Assembly: GCA_049860595.1 (NCBI GenBank)
Contig: CP187551.1
Source: Methanocaldococcus sp. 16A
Lineage (GTDB): Archaea; AGJL01; Methanococci; Methanococcales; Methanocaldococcaceae
Length of the DNA stretch: 64,000 bases
Direction: 5' to 3' (one strand)
The translations under genes and the position numbers were made by a program. The notes beneath the pieces are model-generated. The model worked only from the letters and a program-made list of their open reading frames with translations, was not told the origin of the DNA and ran no database searches. The number at the start of each line of letters is the position of its first letter. Position 1 is the first letter of the stretch. Shown here in pieces: positions 1 through 10,268 of the stretch.

Positions 1-399
1 AACTCAAACGCTGGAATTAACGGATGGTACTTAAGCCAAATAATGCATAAAGAATACCACAGCAGATTAGGATTCTATGGTTATGATTTACAAGACCAGT
101 GTGGAGCTGCTAATTCCCTATCAATTAGAAGCGATGAAGGTCTATTGCACGAATGTAGAGGACCTAACTATCCAAACTACGCAATGAACGTTGGGCATCA
201 GCCAGAGTATGCAGGAATTGCTCAAGCTCCTCATGCGGCAAGAGGAGATGCGTTCTGTCTAAACCCAATAATTAAAGTAGCATTTGCAGATGACAACTTA
301 ATATTTGACTTCAAATGGCCGAGAAAATGTATAGCTAAGGGAGCATTAAGAGAATTTGAGCCAGCTGGAGAGAGAGACTTAATTATTCCAGCGGCATAA
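1..399 (+). CDS. mrtA: Methyl-coenzyme M reductase II alpha subunit, 3' part (gene begins before window)
   Basis: Frame 1 open from base 1 ([13 protein letters not shown]...). Contains [14 protein letters not shown] and [12 protein letters not shown]-alpha motifs. [18 protein letters not shown] variant is the isoenzyme II type. Confidence 0.93.
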   Translation, partial: NSNAGINGWYLSQIMHKEYHSRLGFYGYDLQDQCGAANSLSIRSDEGLLHECRGPNYPNYAMNVGHQPEYAGIAQAPHAARGDAFCLNPIIKVAFADDNLIFDFKWPRKCIAKGALREFEPAGERDLIIPAA

Positions 400-406
400 T
401 CTCAAT

Positions 407-460
407 TATTTTTAATTTTATTTTTGGAATTTTTTTTATTTTTTAGATTTTAAATTTTAA
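407..460 (+). terminator. Oligo-T archaeal terminator region after mrtA
   Basis: Several T5-T8 tracts immediately after the stop codon. Confidence 0.55.
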
Positions 461-473
461 TTAGAGAGGTAGT

Positions 474-692
474 ATGAATTTTGGAGTTGTTGAATTTAAA
501 GGGCATATAATAGATTCAAACATTTTATCAAAAGTTTTATATAAAATAATATCTATGATAGGGAATTTTAAGATAGAGAAACTTGAAGTAGGAAAAACAA
601 ATGAAAATAAAAGCTATGCAAGAATCTTAGTTAAAGGAAAGGATGATTTGCCACTATGGATATTGAATATGCTATTAGAAAAATATAAATAA
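474..692 (+). pseudogene. Stand-alone or truncated N-terminal LOR/SDH-type domain of TIGR00300 (ArgZ/ornithine cyclodeaminase-like) protein
   Basis: VEFKGHIIDSNILSKVL...FKIEKLEVGKTNENKSYARILV resembles the GHIIDS N-terminus of about 400-aa TIGR00300 proteins, but the ORF stops at 72 aa. GAGG RBS present. Confidence 0.6.
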
Positions 693-738
693 GATATAGG
701 TTTTTAAATTAAATCTTAAATTAAATTGAGGGAGAAAT

Positions 739-1482
739 ATGAAAATCTCTATATGTGGAAAGGGAGGTTGTGGAAAAAGCTCAATAACAACTTTAATTGC
801 TAAGGAATTTGCTAAAAATGGTTATAGAGTTTTGGTTATTGATGGAGATGAATCAAACTTAAGTTTGCATAAATTATTAGGAATGGATTTACCAAAGGAC
901 TTTATAAATTATCTTGGAGGAAGAAAGGAGTTTATGCAAAAGTTAAAATCACAACCTAAAAAGAACGTTAAGTTATTTGAAGAACTGTCAATAGATTCCT
1001 TACCAAAAGATTATATTGTGGAAAAAGATAATATCAAGCTCTTAGCAATTGGAAAAATCCATGATTTTGGAGAAGGTTGTGCATGTCCAATGGGTGTTTT
1101 ATTGAGAGAGTTTTTAAAATCTTTAAAATTAAAAGATAAAGAGGTTGTTATTGTAGATACTGAGGCTGGAATTGAGCATTTTGGTAGGGGTGTTGAAGGA
1201 GGATGTGATGTTATTATTGCTATAGTTGACCCAACATATGAATCTATAAGATTATCTCAAAAGATTGAAGAAATTGGAGAAAAATTAGGCAAAAAGGTTT
1301 ATTTTATAGTTAATAAGGTAGATGATGATACAAAGGAATTGGTTCTTGAAAATATTAACAAAGATAAAATTATTGCAGTAATTCCAAATAATAAAGAGAT
1401 TATGAAATATGGATTAAAAGGAGAAGAATTAAATGTTAAAATACCTGAAATTAAAGAAGTCGTGAAATTTTTAACTAAATAA
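739..1482 (+). CDS. CooC/AcsF-like nickel-insertion ATPase (MinD superfamily)
   Basis: Deviant Walker A GKGGCGKS, GEGCACP CxC metal motif, DTEAGIEHFGRG signature. Confidence 0.85.
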   Translation: MKISICGKGGCGKSSITTLIAKEFAKNGYRVLVIDGDESNLSLHKLLGMDLPKDFINYLGGRKEFMQKLKSQPKKNVKLFEELSIDSLPKDYIVEKDNIKLLAIGKIHDFGEGCACPMGVLLREFLKSLKLKDKEVVIVDTEAGIEHFGRGVEGGCDVIIAIVDPTYESIRLSQKIEEIGEKLGKKVYFIVNKVDDDTKELVLENINKDKIIAVIPNNKEIMKYGLKGEELNVKIPEIKEVVKFLTK

Positions 1483-1550
1483 CTTTTTTTATTTTTTATA
1501 TCTTTTTTATGTAGTATATTTTAATTTTTAAGATTATTTTTTGATAAATT

Positions 1551-1567
1551 ACCGAAAAATATATATT
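1551..1567 (+). promoter_or_regulatory. BRE + TATA promoter of ABC transporter operon
   Basis: ACCGAAAAATATATAT about 55 bp upstream of the ATG at 1617. Confidence 0.65.
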
Positions 1568-1616
1568 TGATATTAAAAATTTTCGTTCATATCATATAAT
1601 CTAAAATGGTGATAAT

Positions 1617-2747
1617 ATGCTAAAAAAACTAATAGGTTTATTAACAATTCTAATTGTAGCTGTAGGGTTTTGTGGATGTATGGAGCAAAATACTGGAGAA
1701 AAGCAAACTCCAGCTGTAAATGAAGATACTGGAAAGATAAAGATAGTTGATGCTATTGGTAGGGAGGTTAAGATTCCAAAGGAAGTTAATAGAATAATCT
1801 GCTCTGGCCCAGGATGCTTAAGATTAATTGTTTATCTAAATGCAACAGACAAAGTTGTGGGAATTGAGGGCTTTGAAAAGAAAAAAAGCACAGGAAGGCC
1901 TTATATAATAGCACATCCAGAACTTTTAAATCTTCCAGTAATTGGAAATGGAGGACCTGGAGATATAGGTAAAGGGCCTAATTTAGAGCAAACTTTGAAA
2001 GTTCAGCCAGATGTAATATTTGTAACATATATAACTAAAGAAAAAGCAGATGAAATTCAACAAAAAACAGGAATTCCAGTAGTCGTTTTAAGCTACGGAA
2101 AGTTAGCAACATTCAATAATGAAGATATCTTTAATTCTTTAAGGATTGCTGGAAAGATTTTAGGAAAAGAAGAAAGAGCTGAAGAAGTTATTAAATTTAT
2201 AAAAGATTGTGAAAATGATTTAAAAAATAGAACAAAAGATATTCCAGACGATAAAAAACCAACTGTATATGTTGGGGGAATTGGATTTAAAGGAATGCAT
2301 GGAATTGATAGTACTCAATGCAAATACCCACCATTTGAAGCAGTTAATGCAAAAAACGTTGCTGATGAGTTAAATAAAGAGGGGCATGTATTTGTTAATA
2401 AAGAACAAATCCTAAAATGGAATCCAGATGTTATATTCATTGATGAAGGTGGCTTAAAGTTAGTTATTGAAGATTATAAAAAGAATCCAGAGTTTTACAA
2501 CTCGTTAAAAGCATTTAAAAATGGAAATGTTTATGGATTGTTGCCTTACAACTTCTATACAACAAACATTGGAACAGCCCTTGCTGATGCTTACTATATA
2601 GGAAAAGTTCTTTATCCAGAGCAGTTTATGGATATAAACCCAGAAAAAAAGGCAGATGAAATTTACACTTTCTTAGTTGGTAAGCCAGTTTATGAAGAAA
2701 TGAAGAAGCAATTTGGTGGATTTAAGAAGTTAGAGTTCAGCAGTTAA
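1617..2747 (+). CDS. Iron-chelate/cobalamin-type ABC transporter substrate-binding lipoprotein
   Basis: Lipobox [18 protein letters not shown] periplasmic-binding-protein-2 pattern, [10 protein letters not shown]. Confidence 0.9.
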   Translation: MLKKLIGLLTILIVAVGFCGCMEQNTGEKQTPAVNEDTGKIKIVDAIGREVKIPKEVNRIICSGPGCLRLIVYLNATDKVVGIEGFEKKKSTGRPYIIAHPELLNLPVIGNGGPGDIGKGPNLEQTLKVQPDVIFVTYITKEKADEIQQKTGIPVVVLSYGKLATFNNEDIFNSLRIAGKILGKEERAEEVIKFIKDCENDLKNRTKDIPDDKKPTVYVGGIGFKGMHGIDSTQCKYPPFEAVNAKNVADELNKEGHVFVNKEQILKWNPDVIFIDEGGLKLVIEDYKKNPEFYNSLKAFKNGNVYGLLPYNFYTTNIGTALADAYYIGKVLYPEQFMDINPEKKADEIYTFLVGKPVYEEMKKQFGGFKKLEFSS

Positions 2748-2842
2748 ATAATACCCTTTTTAATTTTAATTTTTAACTAATAACAACCATCTATTTTTAA
2801 ATTTTAGAGTATATTGTTATGAAAATTTAAAGATGTGATATT

Positions 2843-3889
2843 ATGGACATTCCGCAAAAATATAGACAATATACAAAAAAGAAGATAACTTTTGGGATTA
2901 TATTATTAATAATTTTATTTATAAGTGCAATCTATGCTTTATGTGTAGGGGATTACAAATTAACTGTTAATCAGGTTGTAAATGCTCTGATAGGTTATGA
3001 AAATAGTAATATAAATTTAGTTATTTGGAATATACGATTACCAAGAATTTTTGCCGCAATAATTGCTGGAGCATCTTTGGCTGTTGCTGGTGCAGTTATG
3101 CAGTGCATTTTAAGAAATCCATTAGCAAGTCCATTTACTATGGGAATTTCTCATGGAGCAATGTTTGGTGCATCTCTTGCTATAATTTTATTTGGATTAG
3201 GGGGAGCTGAGAGCTCTGGAAAGATATTTATAAACAATCCATACATGATAACAGTTTTTGCATTCTTGGGAGCTTTAATAGGAGTTGTTGTAATATTATT
3301 ACTTGCAAAGTTAAGGGGATTAACGCCTGAAGCAATGATTTTGGCAGGAGTGGCAATGAGTTCATTATTTACAGCTGGAACTATGCTTATACAGTACTTT
3401 GCAGATGACTTGCAGTTAGCAGCAATGGTTTATTGGACTTTTGGTGATTTAGGCAGACCTCTATGGACAGAGATTTATATTATGTTTGCGGTTATGGTTC
3501 CTTCTTTGATTTATTTCATCCATAAGAGATGGGATTATAATGCATTAGAATGCGGGGAAGAGACGGCAAAATCCTTAGGAGTTAATACAGAAAGAACAAG
3601 ATTAATTGGGATGCTTGTTGCTTCACTTTTAACCTCTGTAGATGTTGCATTTTTGGGAATAATAGGATTTGTTGGTTTGATTTGCCCACATATAGTTAGA
3701 ATTTTTATAGGTGGGGATTACAGGTTTTTAATTCCAATCTCTGCACTATTTGGAGCAGTTTTGTTGTTAATTGCAGATACATTTGCGAGGACAATAATTG
3801 CTCCTATTATCTTACCTGTTGGAATATTAACTTCATTCTTGGGAGCTCCGATGTTTCTCTATTTGTTGCTGAGAATGTATAAGAAATAA
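2843..3889 (+). CDS. FecCD/BtuC-family ABC permease
   Basis: [34 protein letters not shown] motifs. Confidence 0.93.
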   Translation: MDIPQKYRQYTKKKITFGIILLIILFISAIYALCVGDYKLTVNQVVNALIGYENSNINLVIWNIRLPRIFAAIIAGASLAVAGAVMQCILRNPLASPFTMGISHGAMFGASLAIILFGLGGAESSGKIFINNPYMITVFAFLGALIGVVVILLLAKLRGLTPEAMILAGVAMSSLFTAGTMLIQYFADDLQLAAMVYWTFGDLGRPLWTEIYIMFAVMVPSLIYFIHKRWDYNALECGEETAKSLGVNTERTRLIGMLVASLLTSVDVAFLGIIGFVGLICPHIVRIFIGGDYRFLIPISALFGAVLLLIADTFARTIIAPIILPVGILTSFLGAPMFLYLLLRMYKK

Positions 3890-3903
3890 AGATTGGTGAT
3901 TTA

Positions 3904-4659
3904 ATGATTCTCTCTGTTGATGGAGTAGAATTTGCATATAAAAGCAGAAAAATCCTAAACAATATAAAATTTGAGGTTAAAAGAGGAGAGGTAGTCTCTA
4001 TCTTAGGAGTCAATGGAGCTGGAAAATCAACGCTCTTAAAATGCATAAATAAAATTTTAAAACCAAAAAGAGGGACAATATTAATTGATAATTTTGATAT
4101 TAATAAATTAGATAACTATGAATTGGCAAAAAAGGTTGGTTATGTTCCGCAGAGAGCTGAAGGAAACTATATGACGGTATTTGATGCAGTTTTGTTAGGA
4201 AGGAAACCACATATAAAATGGGAAGTATCTGATAGAGATATTGAGATAACTCATAAAGTTTTAAAGCTTTTAAATTTAGAAGATTATGCTTTAAGATACA
4301 CAAATGAGTTGAGTGGTGGAGAACTGCAAAAAGTGATTATAGCGAGAGCTTTAGTACAAGAACCACAAATTTTATTGGTGGATGAGCCAACAAACAATTT
4401 AGATTTAAAAAATCAATTGGAAGTTATGAGAATTATTAGAGATATATCAAAATCTCAAAATATTGCCTCAATTGTAGTTATGCATGATTTAAACTTAGCT
4501 TTAAGATACTCTGATAAGTTTATAATGCTTAAAGATGGAGTTATTTACGCTGAAGGAGATAAAAGCATAATAACTCCTGAAAATATTAAAGCAGTATATG
4601 GAGTTGAAGTTTATATTGAAAATATTAAGGGAATTCCTGTTGTTGTTCCAATAGGATAA
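3904..4659 (+). CDS. FepC/BtuD-type ABC ATPase
   Basis: [25 protein letters not shown]. Confidence 0.93.
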   Translation: MILSVDGVEFAYKSRKILNNIKFEVKRGEVVSILGVNGAGKSTLLKCINKILKPKRGTILIDNFDINKLDNYELAKKVGYVPQRAEGNYMTVFDAVLLGRKPHIKWEVSDRDIEITHKVLKLLNLEDYALRYTNELSGGELQKVIIARALVQEPQILLVDEPTNNLDLKNQLEVMRIIRDISKSQNIASIVVMHDLNLALRYSDKFIMLKDGVIYAEGDKSIITPENIKAVYGVEVYIENIKGIPVVVPIG

Positions 4660-4743
4660 TCTTTTTTATAGCATGAATTTATAATATATTCAATGCTATT
4701 TTGATGTTTATAATGCAATTTAAAAAATTTTAAAAATTTTTAA

Positions 4744-5967
4744 GTGATGATTATGGTTGAGTTATTAGCTCCGGCAAATGATTTAACTTGCCTAAAAACA
4801 GCTATTGATTATGGTGCTGATGCAGTTTATTGTGGATTGAAAGAGTTAAACATGAGGGCAAATGCAAAAAATTTTACAAGGGAAGAGTTAATTGAAGGAA
4901 TTAAATATGCTCACAACAATAATAAAAAGGTTTATCTCTGCACAAATACAGTTGTTTATGAATCTGACTTAAAGAAAGTTGAGGAAATTTTAGATTTTGC
5001 AAATTCTGCTGAGGTTGATGCTGTAATAGTTAGTGACTTAGGAACTATGCAGTTGGCAAATGAGTTGGGATTGAGGGTTCATGCAAGTGTCCAGTGCAAT
5101 ATAACAAACTCTTTAACTGCCAAATTTTATTCAAAATTTGTTAAGAGGGTTATATTATCAAGAGAATTAACTTTAAATCAAATAAAAAATATTAGAGAAA
5201 ATTTAAAAAAAGAAAAAATTAACTTAGAGTTAGAGGGCTTTATTCATGGTGCTTTGTGTGTAGCTATAAGTGGAAGGTGTTTTTTAAGCTCTTATCTATT
5301 TAATAGAAATGCAAATTGCGGAGATTGCTTACAACCTTGTAGAAGAAAATGGAAGTTGATTAATGAGCATCATGATGGTACTTATGAAGTAGTTTGCGAA
5401 GGGAAATATTTATTATCTCCAAAAGATTTATGTATGATTGAATATATTCCTCAATTAATGGAGGTTTTTGATTCATTTAAAATTGAAGGGAGAGCCAAAA
5501 ATGCCGATTATGTTATGAGAACAACAAAAGTTTATAGAGAGGCAATAGATAGCGTTTTAGATGGAACTTATTATGATAAGCTTGAATATTTCAAAAAAGA
5601 GCTACAAAAAATATATAATAGAGAGTATGATACAGGATTTTACTTTAGAGATATCAATAAAAATCATGATTTTCAATATGAAATAGAGGGGAATGCATCA
5701 AAATTTAGAAAGGTTGAGATAGGGAGAGTCGTTAATTTCTATAAAAAGGTTAGCGTTGCTGAAATTGAATTATGGAATGACTTAAAAATTGGAGATACAA
5801 TATTAATAATTGGAAAAACTACTGGATGTGTTGAAGAAGTAGTTACATCAATGCAGATAAACCATAAAGATATTAAAATAGCAAAAAAAGGAGATAGGGT
5901 AGGAGTTAAGTTAAATCATTTAGTTAGAGAGGGAGATAGAGTTTATCTATTAAAAGAACTCAAATAA
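4744..5967 (+). CDS. Peptidase U32 family Fe-S protein (TrhP/RlhA-like)
   Basis: ELLAPA start, HASVQ, LSRELT, HGALCVAISGRC...CLQPCR cysteines, KIEGR, C-terminal beta-barrel domain. Confidence 0.9.
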   Translation: MMIMVELLAPANDLTCLKTAIDYGADAVYCGLKELNMRANAKNFTREELIEGIKYAHNNNKKVYLCTNTVVYESDLKKVEEILDFANSAEVDAVIVSDLGTMQLANELGLRVHASVQCNITNSLTAKFYSKFVKRVILSRELTLNQIKNIRENLKKEKINLELEGFIHGALCVAISGRCFLSSYLFNRNANCGDCLQPCRRKWKLINEHHDGTYEVVCEGKYLLSPKDLCMIEYIPQLMEVFDSFKIEGRAKNADYVMRTTKVYREAIDSVLDGTYYDKLEYFKKELQKIYNREYDTGFYFRDINKNHDFQYEIEGNASKFRKVEIGRVVNFYKKVSVAEIELWNDLKIGDTILIIGKTTGCVEEVVTSMQINHKDIKIAKKGDRVGVKLNHLVREGDRVYLLKELK

Positions 5968-5977
5968 TTAGGGAGAT

Positions 5978-6895
5978 ATGATGCTGATTTTAGGAGTAGC
6001 TTATTTTCTATTGGGGCTTGTTTTATTATATTTTGGAAGTGACTGGTTTGTTTTGGGGAGTGAAAGGATAGCGAGACATTTTAATGTATCAAACTTTGTC
6101 ATTGGAGCTACCGTCATGGCTATTGGGACTTCTTTACCAGAGATATTAACCTCTGCCTACGCATCATATATGCATGCTCCTGGAATCTCTATAGGAAATG
6201 CCATTGGCTCATGTATTTGTAATATTGGCTTAGTTCTTGGGCTTAGTGCAATTATAAGCCCAATAATAGTTGATAAAAATTTGAAGAAAAATGTTTTTGT
6301 CTATCTTTTGTTTGTGATATTTACTGCAATAATTGGCTTTGATGGATTTTCATGGATTGATGGAATAATCTTATTAATTCTTTTTGCCTTTTATTTAAGA
6401 TGGACTATAAATAATGGAAATGTAGAGGAAATAAATGAAGAAGATGAAAAGAAATACAATCCTTCATTAGCATTTTCCTTAGTTTTGTTAATTATAGGCT
6501 TAGTAGGAGTTTTAGTTGGGGCTGAGTTATTTGTCGATGGAGCAAAAAAGATAGCTTCTGCTTTAAATGTGTCTGATAAAGTTATTGGATTTACATTAGT
6601 TGCTTTTGGAACCTCTGTTCCTGAATTAATGGTTTCTTTAGCAGCAGCAAAAAGAAATCTTGGAGGAATGGTTTTAGGAAATGTTGTTGGAAGTAATATA
6701 GCCGATATTGGTGGAGCTTTAGCTATTGGAAGCTTATTTATGTATCTTCCACCAGAAAACTTTCAAATGAGTATTTTATTAATTATGAGCTTTCTGCTCT
6801 ATTTATTTGCAAGATATTCAAAAATTGGTAGATGGCAAGGAATTTTATTCTTAATTATCTATATAATTGCAATAGCTTCTTTGGGGTTGGGATAA
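5978..6895 (+). CDS. Na+/Ca2+ exchanger (NCX_Mj/YrbG family)
   Basis: Two alpha repeats GTSLPE and GTSVPE, about 10 hydrophobic helices. Confidence 0.93.
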   Translation: MMLILGVAYFLLGLVLLYFGSDWFVLGSERIARHFNVSNFVIGATVMAIGTSLPEILTSAYASYMHAPGISIGNAIGSCICNIGLVLGLSAIISPIIVDKNLKKNVFVYLLFVIFTAIIGFDGFSWIDGIILLILFAFYLRWTINNGNVEEINEEDEKKYNPSLAFSLVLLIIGLVGVLVGAELFVDGAKKIASALNVSDKVIGFTLVAFGTSVPELMVSLAAAKRNLGGMVLGNVVGSNIADIGGALAIGSLFMYLPPENFQMSILLIMSFLLYLFARYSKIGRWQGILFLIIYIIAIASLGLG

Positions 6896-8364
6896 TGGTA
6901 AAAATAAAGATTAAGAGGTTTAATGGAAAGAAAGAGTATTTTGAAAGCTATAATGTTCCAGAAAATATAACTGTACTGGAAGCTTTAGAGTATATAAATA
7001 AAAATTATAGGGCCAACATTTTATTTAGAGCTTCGTGTAGAAATGGGCAATGTGGTTCATGTGCTTTAACAATAAATGGAGAACCAAAATTAGCCTGTGA
7101 GACAAAGGTAAAGGATGGAATGATAATTGAGCCATTAAAAGGGTTTAAAGTAATTAGAGATTTGATTGTTGATAGAGAATCATATTATAAAAAGTTATTA
7201 GGCATAAAAAACTATATTGTAAGGAAAAACTATCCTGAAGAGCTTGAAATTATTCTTCCAAAATATGTTGAAGAGAGTAGGGAGCTTAGAGGATGTATTG
7301 ATTGCTTATCTTGCTTATCTACATGTCCAGCGAGGGAAATCAGTGATTATCCTGGCCCAACATTTATGAGGCAGTTGGCAAGATTTGCATTTGATAAGAG
7401 AGATGAAGATAACAGAGAGATTACTGCATATTTTGAAAATATTTACAACTGCACAACATGTGCAAAGTGTATAGAAGTTTGTCCAAAAGAGATTGATATT
7501 GTCCATAAAGCCATAGAAAGATTGAGAGCTTTAGCATTTAGTAAGGGTTATTATATAGAGAATCACTTAAAAGTTAGAGAAAATGTTTTAAAATACAACA
7601 GAAGTGTTGTTGAAGAAGAAACTCCATTATTAAAGCAAGTTGATGCTCTTTATGAAGCTGAAAATGAAAAGTTAAGAGTAGCTTTCTTTACTGGATGTTT
7701 AGTTGATTTTAGATTACAAAATGTAGGGAAAGATGCAATAAAGGTTTTAAACGCTCATGGTGTATCGGTTGTTATTCCTAAAAATCAGGTTTGTTGTGGC
7801 TCTCCATTCTTTAGAACTGGGCAGAGAGATGTTGCTGAAATGCTAAAAAAGAAAAATTTAGAGATATTTAATAAGTTGGATGTTGATAGTGTTGTAACAA
7901 TATGTGCTGGATGTGGAAGTACATTAAAAAATGATTATAAGGAGAGAGAATTTGAAGTTAAAGATATAACAGAGGTCTTAACTGAAGTTGGGCTTTTAAA
8001 ATATAAACCATTAAAGATGAGAGTTACTTATCACGACCCATGTCATCTAAGAAGAGGACAGAAAATATATGAGCAACCAAGAGAGATTTTAAAATCTATC
8101 CCTAAACTTGAATTTGTTGATATGGAGGCAAGATGTTGTGGAGCTGGAGGAGGAGTGAGAAGTGGAAAACCAGAGATTGCCAATTTAATAGGAAAGAGAA
8201 GAGCGAAGATGATATACAATGCAAATGTAGATGCTGTAATTACAGTTTGTCCATTCTGTGAATACCACATAAAAGATAGTTTAAAAAGGTTTAAAGAAAA
8301 AAATAAATTAGAAAAAGATATAGAAGTCATGAATATTGTCTCTTTATTAAGCAAAGTAATTTAA
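6895..8364 (+). CDS. tfrB: Thiol:fumarate reductase (CoM/CoB) Fe-S subunit B
   Basis: SdhB-like 2Fe-2S (CRNGQCGSC), two 4Fe-4S motifs, CCG domains. True start is the ATG overlapping the upstream stop (TAATG). Confidence 0.9.
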   Translation: MVKIKIKRFNGKKEYFESYNVPENITVLEALEYINKNYRANILFRASCRNGQCGSCALTINGEPKLACETKVKDGMIIEPLKGFKVIRDLIVDRESYYKKLLGIKNYIVRKNYPEELEIILPKYVEESRELRGCIDCLSCLSTCPAREISDYPGPTFMRQLARFAFDKRDEDNREITAYFENIYNCTTCAKCIEVCPKEIDIVHKAIERLRALAFSKGYYIENHLKVRENVLKYNRSVVEEETPLLKQVDALYEAENEKLRVAFFTGCLVDFRLQNVGKDAIKVLNAHGVSVVIPKNQVCCGSPFFRTGQRDVAEMLKKKNLEIFNKLDVDSVVTICAGCGSTLKNDYKEREFEVKDITEVLTEVGLLKYKPLKMRVTYHDPCHLRRGQKIYEQPREILKSIPKLEFVDMEARCCGAGGGVRSGKPEIANLIGKRRAKMIYNANVDAVITVCPFCEYHIKDSLKRFKEKNKLEKDIEVMNIVSLLSKVI

Positions 8365-8374
8365 TTTTTAAAAT

Positions 8375-8803
8375 TTATATTCCAACGTATATTTTTTTAT
8401 CTAAAATTTCAATAATTTCTTTATCTCCTTCCGGCATTTCTTCAACAACCTCTATATAATCTCTGTTAGCAATATCATTGCTTAAAACATCCAAGATATA
8501 TTTTAAATCTTCATCATCGGTATAAATCTTAGCTTTTACTTTAAATTTCTTTGCTAATCTTGCAATATCTCTTAAAGCTAATTTTGCTTCTGTAATTAGC
8601 TCTAAATATTTTTTAGCTTTCTTTAAATCTTCATCTTTTCCTATTAATACAGGATATTTCACATTATATAACTCATCTTCTCTAACATCAAACTTTACAT
8701 TGCAAATCTCTATTAATCTGGCGATTATTGACTGCGGCAATCCTGGAGGAATTGGAATTTCTTTTTCATCAATATCATAGCATTTAAAATTAAAGTTCTC
8801 CAT
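8375..8803 (-). CDS. Conserved methanogen hypothetical protein downstream of mmp7
   Basis: 142-aa ORF with GAGG RBS, IPPGLPQSII motif, same strand as the mmp7 operon. Confidence 0.75.
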   Translation of the reverse strand: MENFNFKCYDIDEKEIPIPPGLPQSIIARLIEICNVKFDVREDELYNVKYPVLIGKDEDLKKAKKYLELITEAKLALRDIARLAKKFKVKAKIYTDDEDLKYILDVLSNDIANRDYIEVVEEMPEGDKEIIEILDKKIYVGI

Positions 8804-8843
8804 ATTTTTCCCTCATAATGTTTTAATATATAAAAACTAAAAT

Positions 8844-9764
8844 TTAAGCTTTATTTTTATGCATTTCAAACTCTACTTCTGATTTAGGTTTTATTTTTAT
8901 TAATATATAGTTTTTCATTACACTTCTTTTAATATCTGCTATATCCTCTAACTTATAGTTTTTGACTTTAACTTCTCTAATTTTATCAGCATATTTATCA
9001 TAATCCAATTTAACTCTCAACCCATCTAACTGTGTAACAATAGGCATTGGTGATAATATAGAGAAAACTTCTTCAACCTGCTTTTCAATTTCATCTTTAA
9101 CTACTACTGGTGGAACAATTGGAGGGTCGTAAGATAACTCTCTCCTTCTCTCATTTATAAGTTCTGTTATTACATCAACCATCTTTCTTAAAGCCCTAAT
9201 CTCTTCTCCATGTCTTAACCTATGGCTCCTCCTTCCAAGATTTCCTACATAAGGATAAGGAATATCTATTTTTTCAGGACCTCCAGTAACCACAACTGGA
9301 ATATCTACATCAAATAAATGAGTTTTGTCTTTAATACATGCCTCAAAATTACCCATTACATAAACTGCTAAATCATGCTCCTCTATCAATCTTTTTTCTT
9401 TCTCTCTTAATTGAGATATATCTTTCCCAACACCTCTTGCCAATCCAATCATGTTTGGTTTAGCACCAAATCTCCTTAAATATTCTGAAATATCACACGC
9501 TGTGTGTGGAAGATGATGCCTTGACAAACTTGGGGCTACAACAGCAATCTCTGTCCCCGCTAATGGAGTCTCTATAATCTTACCTTTGTATTTTTTAGCT
9601 TCCTCTTTAATATTTTCAAGTTCATTTTGTGGAATTGCTAAAGTCATATAAACATCCAACTGCATAACGTGCTCTTGTATAACAAACCCCCCAATATCCT
9701 CAATCCATTCTTTGAAGATATTGTTTTTATAAACTCCTCCTTCATATCTAACTATCTCATACAT
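8844..9764 (-). CDS. Methanogenesis marker protein 7
   Basis: MYEIVRYEGGVYK..., GTEIAVVAPSLSRHHLPHTACDISEYLRR. Start reassigned to the ATG after a GGTGA RBS. Confidence 0.9.
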   Translation of the reverse strand: MYEIVRYEGGVYKNNIFKEWIEDIGGFVIQEHVMQLDVYMTLAIPQNELENIKEEAKKYKGKIIETPLAGTEIAVVAPSLSRHHLPHTACDISEYLRRFGAKPNMIGLARGVGKDISQLREKEKRLIEEHDLAVYVMGNFEACIKDKTHLFDVDIPVVVTGGPEKIDIPYPYVGNLGRRSHRLRHGEEIRALRKMVDVITELINERRRELSYDPPIVPPVVVKDEIEKQVEEVFSILSPMPIVTQLDGLRVKLDYDKYADKIREVKVKNYKLEDIADIKRSVMKNYILIKIKPKSEVEFEMHKNKA

Positions 9765-9869
9765 TAAAATCACCAAACTTTCAGGTTTATTAAAAACTTC
9801 ATTAAAAACTATTTTATTATATTCCAACTTTTTATTTTTTACCAACCAAATTTTAAGGAAAACTAACAC

Positions 9870-10262
9870 CTAATCTTTTTTCCTTTCTTCCATAAGAAAC
9901 TTTCTAACTGAATAAGAAACATGGTGAGCTATGTTTATAGCCTCCAACTCTCCTCTTGTCTTTGGAAATATCACATCTTTCTTTAAAATTGCAGATACTA
10001 TATCCTTGGACAAGTTAAAAAACTCCCCTCTTTCACATAAAATGTAATCAAAATCTTCTCCAATCTTTTCAATCAGCTCTTTAACCTCTTTAACAATATC
10101 TCTCAATTTCTGAGTTTTTTCTTCTTTAACCATAATATCTATTTTTTCTACATGTACAATCCTATCCGCATTAATTTCAACTAAAACCCCAGCATAAACC
10201 CTAAAAAACATATCATTTTCATGATGCCTTCCAGATATATCTATTGCCAATACTTTAATCAT
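9870..10262 (-). CDS. DUF2209 family protein (RNase H-like fold likely)
   Basis: VLAIDISGRH N-terminus, IAHHVSYSVR C-terminus, GAGGTGA RBS. Confidence 0.7.
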   Translation of the reverse strand: MIKVLAIDISGRHHENDMFFRVYAGVLVEINADRIVHVEKIDIMVKEEKTQKLRDIVKEVKELIEKIGEDFDYILCERGEFFNLSKDIVSAILKKDVIFPKTRGELEAINIAHHVSYSVRKFLMEERKKD

Positions 10263-10268
10263 ATCACC

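Noticed and set aside
739-1482. CfbC/NifH-like F430 biosynthesis reductase call
   Set aside because: Lacks NifH-type GCDPK, GVGCAGRG and DVVCGGF motifs and carries CooC signatures instead.
1505-1545. NikR-type operator upstream of the ABC transporter
   Set aside because: Only one half-site-like GTAGTA, with no convincing inverted partner in AT-rich DNA.
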